A stretch of DNA of 34,090 nucleotides from a virus (taxonomy: Duplodnaviria > Caudoviricetes), in the IMG/VR virus record IMGVR_UViG_3300012347_000486, positions 1 through 34,090 of that record. One strand, given 5' to 3'. Within the stretch, counting starts at the first letter, position 1, and every line of letters begins with the position of its first letter. A program made the position numbers and the translations under genes. The notes under the pieces were generated by a model, which saw only the letters and a list, made by a program, of their open reading frames with translations, was not told the origin of the DNA and ran no database searches. Of the stretch, positions 8,294-16,837 are shown in pieces.

Positions 8294-8740
8294 ATGATGA
8301 GCAAAGTTTCAACAGAATGGTTCCCAGCAGGCAAGTACTACATCGGCGACTTGTGCTACGTGATGCACGAGAAGTGGGATGAGGTGTGTGACAAGATGTT
8401 TGCAGGCCGTACAGACATGGGCTGCAATCAAGGTGAGCTCACTTTGAACAACGGTAGTCGTTTTGTTTCCTTTAGCACATCATACGGTGACGGCACATAC
8501 TACGACAATCGTGGTCGTGATTACAGCGTCGATGCTGGACTGATTGGACTGATTGCTGTTGACTTCCTTGACCTTTCAGTGGAAGACAACTTCACAACCG
8601 GTGGTCAGATCGTTGAATTCACACAACCATTCAATTGCGAGTGTGAGGACGGCATGATGCGATTCGGCAACGTGATGATCGACACGGATTCCACGGAAGA
8701 AGAGTATGTGGAAGACGACTACGATTGCGACGAAGAATAA
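8294..8740 (+). CDS. early hypothetical protein (paralog of 21171..21557)
   Basis: PAGKYYIGDLCYVMH..W.E.C motif shared with 21171..21557. Confidence 0.85.
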   Translation: MMSKVSTEWFPAGKYYIGDLCYVMHEKWDEVCDKMFAGRTDMGCNQGELTLNNGSRFVSFSTSYGDGTYYDNRGRDYSVDAGLIGLIAVDFLDLSVEDNFTTGGQIVEFTQPFNCECEDGMMRFGNVMIDTDSTEEEYVEDDYDCDEE

Positions 8741-8820
8741 GCTGACGGGGTGGTTGGGTATTGGTTGACCAATTATCCAACTGCCCTTATAATTGAGTCA
8801 ACAACAACAGGAGTATTGAA

Positions 8821-9189
8821 ATGTCAACACGATCATTCATCGGCCACAATATCGCATCTGGTGTACGTGGCATCTATTGTCACTACGATGGCTACCCCAG
8901 CCACACCGGCATGGTTTTGAACGAGCATCACAACTCAATGCACAAGTGCGAAGGACTCGTCGGTAACGGCCAGATCCGACGACTGGACGGTGACGGCTTG
9001 GTAGATCTCTTTCACACAGGCGATTACGAGGAGTACTCATCTGTAGAGGAGGCTCTGACGCAAGGATTCGACTACGCGTACATCTACAACGAGCAGTTCG
9101 GCTGGCAGTGCTACACATTCGAAGGATGTTTCAATCGACGCAAGATCGTCTCCGTTCAAATCCCAGAACAGTTAGCAGTCACCGAATAA
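8821..9189 (+). CDS. early hypothetical protein (MSTRSxI...YCHYDGYP type)
   Basis: module promoter and RBS; HxDGYP motif. Confidence 0.85.
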   Translation: MSTRSFIGHNIASGVRGIYCHYDGYPSHTGMVLNEHHNSMHKCEGLVGNGQIRRLDGDGLVDLFHTGDYEEYSSVEEALTQGFDYAYIYNEQFGWQCYTFEGCFNRRKIVSVQIPEQLAVTE

Positions 9190-9274
9190 CCTTCTTCTTT
9201 GTATGGGAATCAGTTGACCAAACTTCAGATTCCCGTATAATTGGACACATCACAAACACAACTGAAAGCACATT

Positions 9275-9481
9275 ATGAACAACTTTGATTTCCTCGTCTG
9301 CCAATTGTCAATCGGATGCGAGAGCAAGCCTACACCACAGAGCACCGACATCGCATGCTCAATTGTCGAGCAATACTTCCTGGCCGGTCAACAGGTGACC
9401 AGCTCACTTGTGCACTACGCGAACGCTCCTCAAGAGGATGCTGAGCTGGAAGCAGAAGTTGAACAAATCGCTGTTGACTAA
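9275..9481 (+). CDS. hypothetical protein
   Basis: downstream of the module promoter at 9214. Confidence 0.65.
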   Translation: MNNFDFLVCQLSIGCESKPTPQSTDIACSIVEQYFLAGQQVTSSLVHYANAPQEDAELEAEVEQIAVD

Positions 9482-9525
9482 TTCTGTAGTCCCAGTATAA
9501 TAACTCTGTTACTCATCGGATCTCT

Positions 9526-9801
9526 ATGAATACCCCTGAATCACAACCTGCATTCAACCCTCTGCAAGCATTGGTTGACATCGCACTGAACCAGCCTGCC
9601 AAGAAGGCTAAGGCTGCCCGACCACGTACTGCACGCAAGGAAGGTGCTGCACCGAGCAAGCGTGAGCTAGCAAAGGTACTGTACAAGACGCATATTGCTG
9701 AAGGCCGCAATGCAGTACTGAAAGCATTCAAGACCCAGCTGAACATGACTGATGCTGGTGCCAATTCGTACTTCTACGCAACGAAGAAGGCGTTATCCTA
9801 A
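9526..9801 (+). CDS. basic protein with LNMTxAGAxSYFY domain (paralog 2)
   Basis: PSKRELAKVLY...QLNMTDAGANSYFY. Confidence 0.8.
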   Translation: MNTPESQPAFNPLQALVDIALNQPAKKAKAARPRTARKEGAAPSKRELAKVLYKTHIAEGRNAVLKAFKTQLNMTDAGANSYFYATKKALS

Positions 9802-9829
9802 TTTCCTCCTGGGCATGTTGTTGCCTTTA

Positions 9830-9860
9830 ATCCCCCGGCCACGTGCTGGGGGATCTTTTT
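9830..9860 (+). terminator. intrinsic terminator
   Basis: ATCCCCCGGC/GCTGGGGGAT stem followed by a T-run. Confidence 0.75.
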
Positions 9861-9877
9861 CAAACGGAGTTTAGACC

Positions 9878-10261
9878 ATGACACACAACGCACATAGCGA
9901 CTACCTGACACGCAAGCTGGCACACTACAATGAGTGGCTGCTGGACAACAAACGAGAGATCGGAGTGCCGTACGGTGGCTTTCCGGAAGACCAGAAGGCT
10001 GCTAAGTGGGCAGATCGTGATCGTGTTGAGCGTCCTGCACCAAAGGCTGAACAACCAGCTGCCCCTAAGCCTGTCGCTGTGAAGAAGGCTAAGAAGGCTA
10101 AGCGTGTGCCGGGTGCTGGACCGACCAAGCAAGAGCTCGCTACTGCAATCTACAAGCAATGCAACGGCGACAAGGCTGCCACTATAGCACAGATTCAGAG
10201 CCAGCTCAACATGACGCTCGCTGGTGCTACGACCTACTACTACAACGCTCGCAAGGGCTGA
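9878..10261 (+). CDS. basic protein with LNMTxAGATTYYYN domain (paralog 3)
   Basis: GGAG RBS; PTKQELATAIY...QLNMTLAGATTYYYNARK. Confidence 0.85.
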   Translation: MTHNAHSDYLTRKLAHYNEWLLDNKREIGVPYGGFPEDQKAAKWADRDRVERPAPKAEQPAAPKPVAVKKAKKAKRVPGAGPTKQELATAIYKQCNGDKAATIAQIQSQLNMTLAGATTYYYNARKG

Positions 10262-10504
10262 GTGCTGAGCTGAGAGCGTGCTGCCCAGAGCAGGACGCCT
10301 CAGAGACGGGCTGGGGGGCGATTTAGTAGCACCCTGGTTTCTATAAGGGGGTTACAGCGGTGGCCGGAAATCCAGGATGTTCAAACTTCGTTCTGAATTT
10401 TTTTTCCGGCGGGGGGCGGGATTTCAAAACTTTTCCAAAACACGAGCTTCAAAAATTTTTCCGCGCGAAAATCGCCCTCTGAAACTTTCGCTGACCAATC
10501 GCTG

Positions 10505-10533
10505 TTGTTGTTCTGAACAAGTACTGATAGAAT
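10505..10533 (+). promoter_or_regulatory. sigma70-type promoter, probably giving a leaderless mRNA
   Basis: TTGTTG-17 bp-TAGAAT with TG extension; ATG 10540 is 6 nt downstream and has no SD. Confidence 0.45.
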
Positions 10534-10539
10534 GCTGAC

Positions 10540-10824
10540 ATGGAAAACCTATACTACATTCAAGATACACGATCATACATCGGCAACTGCGTTGTGTGGT
10601 GGCGTGCGGGCGGACGTGGGTACACAACAGATCTGGATGATGCTGGCTTGTATACTCAGCAAGAGGCGCTAGCGCAGCACCGTTCTAGAGAGACCGACGT
10701 ACCGTGGTTGTGTTCTGAGATTGAGCCTCTTGTGAGGAGAACTATTGATATGCAGGACGTTCACTTTGATGTTCGTGGAATCGTTGGGCAAGTTGCTGCA
10801 CTAGCAAAGATGGAGAAAGAATGA
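10540..10824 (+). CDS. hypothetical protein
   Basis: WW..GG.GYTTDL..AG.Y motif typical of a small phage protein family. Confidence 0.8.
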   Translation: MENLYYIQDTRSYIGNCVVWWRAGGRGYTTDLDDAGLYTQQEALAQHRSRETDVPWLCSEIEPLVRRTIDMQDVHFDVRGIVGQVAALAKMEKE

Positions 10825-10994
10825 CACCTACACTGTTTATGTGGGCACTGATGATGACGAATGGTCACGGTGTGATGCAGCCAACGATTGAATTCCGTAG
10901 CGCGGAGCTATGTGAAAAGGCAGCGGCTCAATACAATGAGAAGTATGTTGGATGGGGCCGCGTTCCGGCTGTATGTTGGAAGGTGCAAAAATGA
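10821..10994 (+). CDS. hypothetical protein (57 aa)
   Basis: ATGA-coupled at both ends; GGAG RBS. Confidence 0.6.
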   Translation: MTPTLFMWALMMTNGHGVMQPTIEFRSAELCEKAAAQYNEKYVGWGRVPAVCWKVQK

Positions 10995-11251
10995 ATAATC
11001 AATTTGTTGCGCTCGCTAAAGTGATCGGCGAACACCGCGTTGATGAAGACGGTAACGAATCGTGGGTGTTTGAATCTACTGATACACTATCGGCATTTGT
11101 GCGAGCAGTCGTCATGCATGCCGCTGCTCAGCTTCCTGAAATGAATGCACATGTTCCACGATACCACGACAACTACAGTCAGGGCGTGATTGATTGCATC
11201 GAGGCGTTGAATGATTTGGTGAAGGAAGAGGATGATGAATATGATCAATAA
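10991..11251 (+). CDS. hypothetical protein
   Basis: ATG 10991 coupled to the previous stop. Confidence 0.75.
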   Translation: MNNQFVALAKVIGEHRVDEDGNESWVFESTDTLSAFVRAVVMHAAAQLPEMNAHVPRYHDNYSQGVIDCIEALNDLVKEEDDEYDQ

Positions 11252-11510
11252 GCTGGTGCTATCTGCACTTGTGCTGCTACTGACTGGATGTGGTCCGGAC
11301 GGTGGCGGAGGCGTGAAGGTTGTTGATAAGGACGGAATGCACACTGTGTATCCTGATTGGAAGAATGCACCAACGACACACCGCTGCGACGAAAAGCAGT
11401 TCATCAAGGTGCAAACTGAATCCGACTACTGCATAGCACGTTCAGCGGGCAATGCGGAGTACTGCTTCAATACAGCGATTGTTCGAAATTGTGTTAAAGA
11501 GGTGAAATGA
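11241..11510 (+). CDS. putative lipoprotein
   Basis: signal peptide MINKLVLSALVLLLTGC with LTGC lipobox. Confidence 0.75.
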   Translation: MINKLVLSALVLLLTGCGPDGGGGVKVVDKDGMHTVYPDWKNAPTTHRCDEKQFIKVQTESDYCIARSAGNAEYCFNTAIVRNCVKEVK

Positions 11511-11740
11511 TGGAAGAAGAAAATAGCGCTGGTCTGGACCGTGCTGCGGAAATGGGCGCTCTGCGGAAAAAAATAGCGGCGTTGCCGCTGAGGGTGCTGA
11601 TTGCTATGGGCGTTCTGTTTGCGTGTTGGGTGACTGTCCTGATCGTTGACTATAAGTTCGGCGCGGGCATCACGTTTATCATTGCTTGTATGTGGGCAGG
11701 AATTACGTTGATCGACTATAAACTGAGTCGCAATGACTGA
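11507..11740 (+). CDS. hypothetical membrane protein (2 TM)
   Basis: GAGGTG RBS; two hydrophobic segments. Confidence 0.75.
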   Translation: MMEEENSAGLDRAAEMGALRKKIAALPLRVLIAMGVLFACWVTVLIVDYKFGAGITFIIACMWAGITLIDYKLSRND

Positions 11741-12107
11741 AGCAGAAGAAAACGCCGAGCGGTATCAGTGGCTGCGTAATGGCCGCTCTCGCAACGGCGG
11801 CTATGGTGGATCTGCTCCGTATGTCGTTGATCCCAATCGCAGCCGTTTGTATGCAATGGAGAAATTGCGCGGCGATTGGCTAGACCTACACGTCGATGCA
11901 GACATCTTTGACAATGAATGCATGCGTCTGCACTATAACAACGAAGTGGTAGAACGCGGATTGATGCCAGAAGGCGGAAGCGTCCACGACTTCGACGGGC
12001 CATATGGCCAAGCACTGACCAAACTAGCACAACAAATGCTCGGCTGGTCGGATAAGAGAATGCAGTTTGTCCTTGAATTGGAGAATGAGCGAAATGCAAC
12101 TAAGTGA
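11733..12107 (+). CDS. hypothetical protein
   Basis: AERYQWLR motif common in phage accessory proteins. Confidence 0.75.
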   Translation: MTEAEENAERYQWLRNGRSRNGGYGGSAPYVVDPNRSRLYAMEKLRGDWLDLHVDADIFDNECMRLHYNNEVVERGLMPEGGSVHDFDGPYGQALTKLAQQMLGWSDKRMQFVLELENERNATK

Positions 12108-12312
12108 AAAGATGATTGCAAAGCTGGTAACGCTTGCAAGTACCAGATGTTTCTATGACGACGCTGACGAAGACGTGATCATCGATGATTATGCTGGCGG
12201 AAATGTAGATGATGCATTCCAGATTGGCGAGTATGCAGGTGAAATTATGCTGGCACGTGTTGTGTTGAAGCATATTGGTGTTGGTTGGTCAGTCGAAACT
12301 GAAGACAATTGA
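12094..12312 (+). CDS. hypothetical protein
   Basis: GGAG upstream; ATG 12094. Confidence 0.7.
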   Translation: MQLSEKMIAKLVTLASTRCFYDDADEDVIIDDYAGGNVDDAFQIGEYAGEIMLARVVLKHIGVGWSVETEDN

Positions 12313-12331
12313 GTTTTTAAAGGAGTTAGTT

Positions 12332-13183
12332 ATGATTATGATGGCATTTTTCCTGTTAGTAGCGATTGCGATCGTTGCAGCAGGGTTTATTCTCCAGCGC
12401 GGTAAGCTCGGCTTGCTGGCCGGTGTGGTGTTTTTCACTGTTTACCTTGCATTCGAGTCGTTTACGATCGTTAGCGCAGGTAAAGTTGGCGTGCAAGTGA
12501 CGCTTGGTAAGGTCAATCCAGAGGTGCTGGTCGAGGGTACGCACTTTGTTAACCCGATCAGTGATGTAAAAACGATTGATGTCCGCTTGCAGAAGGCTCA
12601 ATTGCAGAATGCATCGGCAGGTACTAAGGACTTGCAACAAGTTCATACCGACATCGTTGTCAATTTCCGCTTGGATCCACAAAAAGTACCGTACATCTAC
12701 AAAGAATTTGGTTTCAACGTCGATGAGAAGGTCCTTGGCCCTGGTATCAACGAAGCATTCAAGTCGGTTACTGGTCATTACACCAGCGAAGAACTGATTA
12801 CAAAGCGTGAATCTGTCTCCAACGACATTTTGACACAACTGCAAGGCAAGATGGCACCGTTCAACATTACGGTTAGCAGCATCAGCTTGGTTAATTTCGG
12901 CTTCAGCAAGGCTTATCAAGAGTCGATCGAAGCAAAAGTGATTGCTACACAGAATAAATTGAAGGCTGAGCAAGATCTCGAGCGTATCAAAGTGGAAGCA
13001 AAGTCACGTATTGAAGAAGCTATGGGTGAAGCTAAGGCTATTCAGATTCAAGCTCAGGCTATTAGCCAACAAGGCGGCGACAACTACGTCAAGTTGAAAG
13101 AGATTGAAAAGTGGGATGGTCGTTTGCCAGAGACTGTAGTCAACGGCAATGGCGCTAGCATGATGATGAGCTTGAAGAAGTAA
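12332..13183 (+). CDS. SPFH/Band 7 (prohibitin-like) membrane protein
   Basis: N-terminal TMs, VGVQVTLGKV..EGTHFVNP, C-terminal coiled coil and IEKWDGRLP; AAGGAG RBS. Confidence 0.92.
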   Translation: MIMMAFFLLVAIAIVAAGFILQRGKLGLLAGVVFFTVYLAFESFTIVSAGKVGVQVTLGKVNPEVLVEGTHFVNPISDVKTIDVRLQKAQLQNASAGTKDLQQVHTDIVVNFRLDPQKVPYIYKEFGFNVDEKVLGPGINEAFKSVTGHYTSEELITKRESVSNDILTQLQGKMAPFNITVSSISLVNFGFSKAYQESIEAKVIATQNKLKAEQDLERIKVEAKSRIEEAMGEAKAIQIQAQAISQQGGDNYVKLKEIEKWDGRLPETVVNGNGASMMMSLKK

Positions 13184-13187
13184 CATC

Positions 13188-13736
13188 ATGGAATTAGCAG
13201 ACATCTTACCGATTGTCCTCATGGTCGTAGTCGCGGCCATGTTGGTTGGAATCTTGATGAAGCTCCGCTCGATGGTCAATAAGTCCAAAGAAGTGGATCG
13301 CAAGAATCAAGAAGCACGCGATAAGTTCACTGAACGAATGGCTGCTGTGCCAAAAGCGCGTGCAGGCGGCGTGCCAACATCAGCGTCGATCAAGTCGTCA
13401 CCATCGGTCACTCGACAAAGTGTGGTAACACAACCTAGTTCGTCCACAGCGACGTATAGAGATGATAGCGGAACAGACTTCATGGCGGCTGTTCTGATTA
13501 ATCAGATGATGAGTACCGACCATGATCGAGCGCGGGCCTCAGTGGACTACAGCGACAATGGATCTGCGACAGCAGTCGTACAAACGTACTCTGCACCAGA
13601 GCCAGCGAAGTCGTCCTACAGTTCAGGTAGCTCCGATTCATCGTATTCGTCCAGCTACAGTTCTAGTAGTTCCGATTCGTCCTACAGCTCAAGCAGCTCG
13701 GACTCATCGTACAGTTCATCGTCGAGTTTCGATTAA
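13188..13736 (+). CDS. membrane-anchored protein with Ser-rich low-complexity tail
   Basis: N-terminal TM; SSSDSSYSS repeats. Confidence 0.8.
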   Translation: MELADILPIVLMVVVAAMLVGILMKLRSMVNKSKEVDRKNQEARDKFTERMAAVPKARAGGVPTSASIKSSPSVTRQSVVTQPSSSTATYRDDSGTDFMAAVLINQMMSTDHDRARASVDYSDNGSATAVVQTYSAPEPAKSSYSSGSSDSSYSSSYSSSSSDSSYSSSSSDSSYSSSSSFD

Positions 13737-13752
13737 TGAACAAAAAGCCAGG

Positions 13753-13837
13753 TTGACTTATAGTTGGCCTGGCTATATAATTAACACAAGCAAAGAGATA
13801 GACTCTGCGCTACCAATTATTCTAAGGAGCTTAGAAT
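13753..13837 (+). promoter_or_regulatory. promoter plus structured leader (GATAGAC hairpin, SD-occluding hairpin)
   Basis: TTGACT-17-TATAAT (13753-13781); AGA-GATAGAC-TCT; TTCTAAG-GAG-CTTAGAA covering the SD and start. Confidence 0.7.
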
Positions 13838-14855
13838 GTCAAAACCATATGGCACTCTCGTCCTCATCGGACGCTTTCAACCGTTTCACAATGCTCACCT
13901 TGAGATTATCAAGCGTGCTACTGCATTGACTGACAGCCTTGTTATCATAACAGGTTCAGCAAACCAACCACGTACATATAAGAATCCGTTCACATCAGCT
14001 GAGCGCGAACAGATGATCAAAGCCGCAACAGGCGGTCTGACTCTGAAGATTCATATCGAATCCAACCCCGACACAATCTACAACGATCAGGCATGGGCCG
14101 TTCGTATTCAATCGATTGTTAGTCGCTACCGTATCCTCGGTACACGCACCGCCATCATTGGCCACAAGAAAGATGACAGCTCATTCTACTTGGATATGTT
14201 CCCACAATGGGAGTATGTCGATGTGGAAGAGATCGAACCTCTGAGTGCAGTCAACATTCGTGACTTGTACTTCAAACGCGACGCCAACATGAACTTCATC
14301 AAGGCAGTCGTGCCACAAACTACATTCGTGTATTTGGATGCATTCAAAGATACACCAGAGTATGAGCAGATCATCAAGGAACGAGAGTTCGTTGAGAGCT
14401 ACAAGAAGCAGTATGCGTCTTTGCCATACCCACCGATCTTCTCTACAGCTGACACTGTAGTGATTCAATCTGGCCATGTGTTGCTGATCAAGCGACGTGC
14501 TGAGCCAGGCAAGGGTCTGTGGGCAATGCCAGGCGGATATGTCAACGCCAATACAGATAAGTCTGTAGAGGATGCTGCAATCCGTGAACTGCGCGAAGAG
14601 ACAATGATTAAAGTCCCAGCACCAGTTCTGCGTGGCAACATCGTTCGTAGCAAAGTGTTCGATGCAATTGATCGCAGTCCTCGTGGCCGCATCATCACGC
14701 ACGCATTCTTCATCCAATTGCCAGACGGTGAGTTGCCTAAAGTGAAAGGCTCTGATGATGCTGAGAAGGCACGTTGGGTTCCGATTGCTGACATTAAACC
14801 AGAAGAGTGTTTCGAAGATCACTACGAAATTCTCCAACACTTCTTGGGAGCTTGA
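13836..14855 (+). CDS. nadM: bifunctional NMN adenylyltransferase / ADP-ribose pyrophosphatase (NadM-Nudix)
   Basis: GRFQPFHNAH HxGH-type motif, KNPFT..ER, Nudix box PGGYV...AAIRELREET, GSDDA. Confidence 0.95.
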   Translation: MSKPYGTLVLIGRFQPFHNAHLEIIKRATALTDSLVIITGSANQPRTYKNPFTSAEREQMIKAATGGLTLKIHIESNPDTIYNDQAWAVRIQSIVSRYRILGTRTAIIGHKKDDSSFYLDMFPQWEYVDVEEIEPLSAVNIRDLYFKRDANMNFIKAVVPQTTFVYLDAFKDTPEYEQIIKEREFVESYKKQYASLPYPPIFSTADTVVIQSGHVLLIKRRAEPGKGLWAMPGGYVNANTDKSVEDAAIRELREETMIKVPAPVLRGNIVRSKVFDAIDRSPRGRIITHAFFIQLPDGELPKVKGSDDAEKARWVPIADIKPEECFEDHYEILQHFLGA

Positions 14856-14856
14856 T

Positions 14857-14994
14857 ATGGATAAAGATCTTGAATGGTTCAATCTGCGCGGGTATTGGGT
14901 AATCCGAAAAGTCCCTAACACCAAGGATCAATTCTACGTTGCTGGTGCAGTGATGCCTCCAGCTGACGTGATGAAAATTTACGGGATCGCGTAA
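14857..14994 (+). CDS. hypothetical protein (45 aa)
   Basis: GGGAG upstream of ATG 14857; coupled to the next gene. Confidence 0.55.
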   Translation: MDKDLEWFNLRGYWVIRKVPNTKDQFYVAGAVMPPADVMKIYGIA

Positions 14995-15191
14995 TGGTAA
15001 CCGTAGTAAGCACTGACCCTCACCCAAGTGTGGTGAAAGAAGCAATCTGCAGGAACTGTGGTGCAACGTTGAATTACGTTCCGGCAGATATCAAACATGT
15101 GACCCATACCGACTACACAGGCGGCAAGGATTATTCGTATCACATTAAATGTCCTCCATGTGGGCATGAAGTTACAGTAAAGAGGTTTTGA
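14994..15191 (+). CDS. zinc-ribbon protein
   Basis: CRNC...CPPC. Confidence 0.75.
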   Translation: MVTVVSTDPHPSVVKEAICRNCGATLNYVPADIKHVTHTDYTGGKDYSYHIKCPPCGHEVTVKRF

Positions 15192-15192
15192 T

Positions 15193-16137
15193 ATGTGGAC
15201 CAATATTAATGTATTTGAGGATGAGAAAGAGCATGTTAAAAAATACGTGTTTGAAAAAGATGACATTGCTGTGGAATCAGTGTTGTATCGGTATCCTACT
15301 TACGATGAACGCACTGTTCTCTGTATTTCTACTATGTGTGGGTGTCCCATGGGTTGTCGCTTTTGTGGAACCGGTGACTATTTTGTCCGTAATCTTACTG
15401 CTGATGAGATTGTCGGACAAGCGGAGTACATCTTAGACACCCAGATCGACGGATTGGATCCTGACAATATCAAGAAGCTGCAGATCATGGTAATGTCGAT
15501 GGGTGAGCCTGCTTTGAATAAGGCTCTAGAAGAAGCATTCGAACATCTGCATGCAAGATACCCCAACGCAGCATTGCTGATTAGCTCAAGTGGTCCGAAA
15601 GTGGATTACACATGGATTCGCAATATGAGCGTTCGTATCCCTACAGTCGGATTGCAGTTCAGCATCCACGAGAGCACAGACGAAGCCCGCGACAAGTTGA
15701 TTCCTTTCGAGAAGAAACTCAACTTGCAGGAAATTGCTGATCAAGGTGTTCGTTGGTACTTGGACACTGGCCGCAAGCCATACTTCAACTACTGCGCACA
15801 CGAAGGCAACAACACATACGAAGATGTCAGCCGTCTGCTTAAACTATTCCAGCCCGCAATCTGGAATGCGACTGTGTCGGTTATTTGCGAGCGTGATGCG
15901 CACGAAGAAGCCACGAACGACAAACAACGCGAACTGGCGATTGACTTTGGCAACAAGCTCGTGGCTAATGGATACGACGTCCGTGTGTTTGATCCTGCTG
16001 GTCAAGATACAATCGGCGGTGGCTGCGGTCAGCTGTGGTACGTGCAAGACTGGATGAAAGATCACCCAGAGTACGTCAAGCCATCTGTTGGATGTGGCAT
16101 GCAGAAAGTGCACACACCAAAGGAATGGAATCTGTAA
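15193..16137 (+). CDS. RlmN/Cfr-family radical SAM RNA methyltransferase-like protein
   Basis: CISTMCGCPMGCRFC (CxxxCxxC), MSMGEP, C-terminal GCGQL; lacks the RlmN N-terminal extension. Confidence 0.85.
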   Translation: MWTNINVFEDEKEHVKKYVFEKDDIAVESVLYRYPTYDERTVLCISTMCGCPMGCRFCGTGDYFVRNLTADEIVGQAEYILDTQIDGLDPDNIKKLQIMVMSMGEPALNKALEEAFEHLHARYPNAALLISSSGPKVDYTWIRNMSVRIPTVGLQFSIHESTDEARDKLIPFEKKLNLQEIADQGVRWYLDTGRKPYFNYCAHEGNNTYEDVSRLLKLFQPAIWNATVSVICERDAHEEATNDKQRELAIDFGNKLVANGYDVRVFDPAGQDTIGGGCGQLWYVQDWMKDHPEYVKPSVGCGMQKVHTPKEWNL

Positions 16138-16355
16138 TGGCGACAAAGGCTAAGGCAGCCCCAGCAGTCCTGGTTGATGAACCGATCGACAGGACTGGTT
16201 GGAAGTATCGTTGGAATGATGACCTCGTAGACGAGGACACATTCAACACTCTGACTGCAGATCATCATGCTTGGATTGCTGAGCAAGAGAAGCTGAAGAC
16301 CGCAATCATCAAAGAAGATGCTAAGGTCGATAAAAAGAAAGCGAAGAAAAAATGA
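16137..16355 (+). CDS. hypothetical protein
   Basis: TAATG coupling at 16137. Confidence 0.65.
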   Translation: MATKAKAAPAVLVDEPIDRTGWKYRWNDDLVDEDTFNTLTADHHAWIAEQEKLKTAIIKEDAKVDKKKAKKK

Positions 16356-16837
16356 TAAAGTATCTCAAGGGCGATCTATTCGCTTATGCAGAAGCTGGTA
16401 TGTTTGATATTGTGGTGCATGGATGCAACTGCATGTGTACTATGGGGTCCGGCATTGCCAAGCAAGTGCGCGAGAAGTATCCTGAGGCATACCATGCCGA
16501 CCAGGCAACGGAGCCTGGTGCAATCTACAAGCTAGGCCATTACACTAAAGCAACGATTGTATTGCGCAATGGTGGTCCAACGTTCTCCATTGTTAATGCA
16601 TACACCCAGTACGATTACAATCGTCGTGGCGAATCGCTGGATCGATTTGAGTATGCTAGCTTCGAAGTAATCTTGAAGAAGCTTGCCCACACGTATGGCG
16701 ATAAGGAATTTGGCTTTCCGTTGATCGGAATGGGCCTTGCTGGCGGCACGCCATCACGTATTATTGGACTACTTGAGTGGTTCAGTGAAGAGGTAGAGCG
16801 ACAAGGTGGTACTGTTACAATGGTAGAGTTGCCATAA
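16352..16837 (+). CDS. macrodomain (ADP-ribose binding/hydrolase) protein
   Basis: KGDLF...HGCNC..MGSGIA...NAYTQ...PLIGMGLAGG. Confidence 0.9.
   Translation: MIKYLKGDLFAYAEAGMFDIVVHGCNCMCTMGSGIAKQVREKYPEAYHADQATEPGAIYKLGHYTKATIVLRNGGPTFSIVNAYTQYDYNRRGESLDRFEYASFEVILKKLAHTYGDKEFGFPLIGMGLAGGTPSRIIGLLEWFSEEVERQGGTVTMVELP

Larger units (their letters stand above)
3886..9501 (+). repeat. dispersed early promoter/RBS module, ~13 copies (PeSL-like)
   Basis: TTGAC[C/T] or TTGCCC -35 at 3931, 4119, 4475, 5146, 5656, 6337, 6717, 7485, 7770, 8242, 8765, 9214, 9474, each 16-17 bp from TATAAT/TATACT/GATAAT/TACAAT; most followed by (GAGT)CATCAACAACAGGAG and several preceded by an AAGTCAAC...GTTGAC inverted arrangement. 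Confidence 0.9.

Noticed and set aside
3886-9501. Repeated intergenic module as a CRISPR array or integron attC cassette array
   Set aside because: Repeats are degenerate, separated by whole genes and contain -35/-10/SD elements. The ends AGTCAAC/GTTGACC do not fit RYYYAAC/GTTRRRY, and no cas or integrase gene is present.
15193-16137. Radical SAM protein as the missing QueE of the deazaguanine pathway
   Set aside because: The MGEP and CGQL motifs and the extra catalytic cysteines indicate the RlmN/Cfr family, not QueE.
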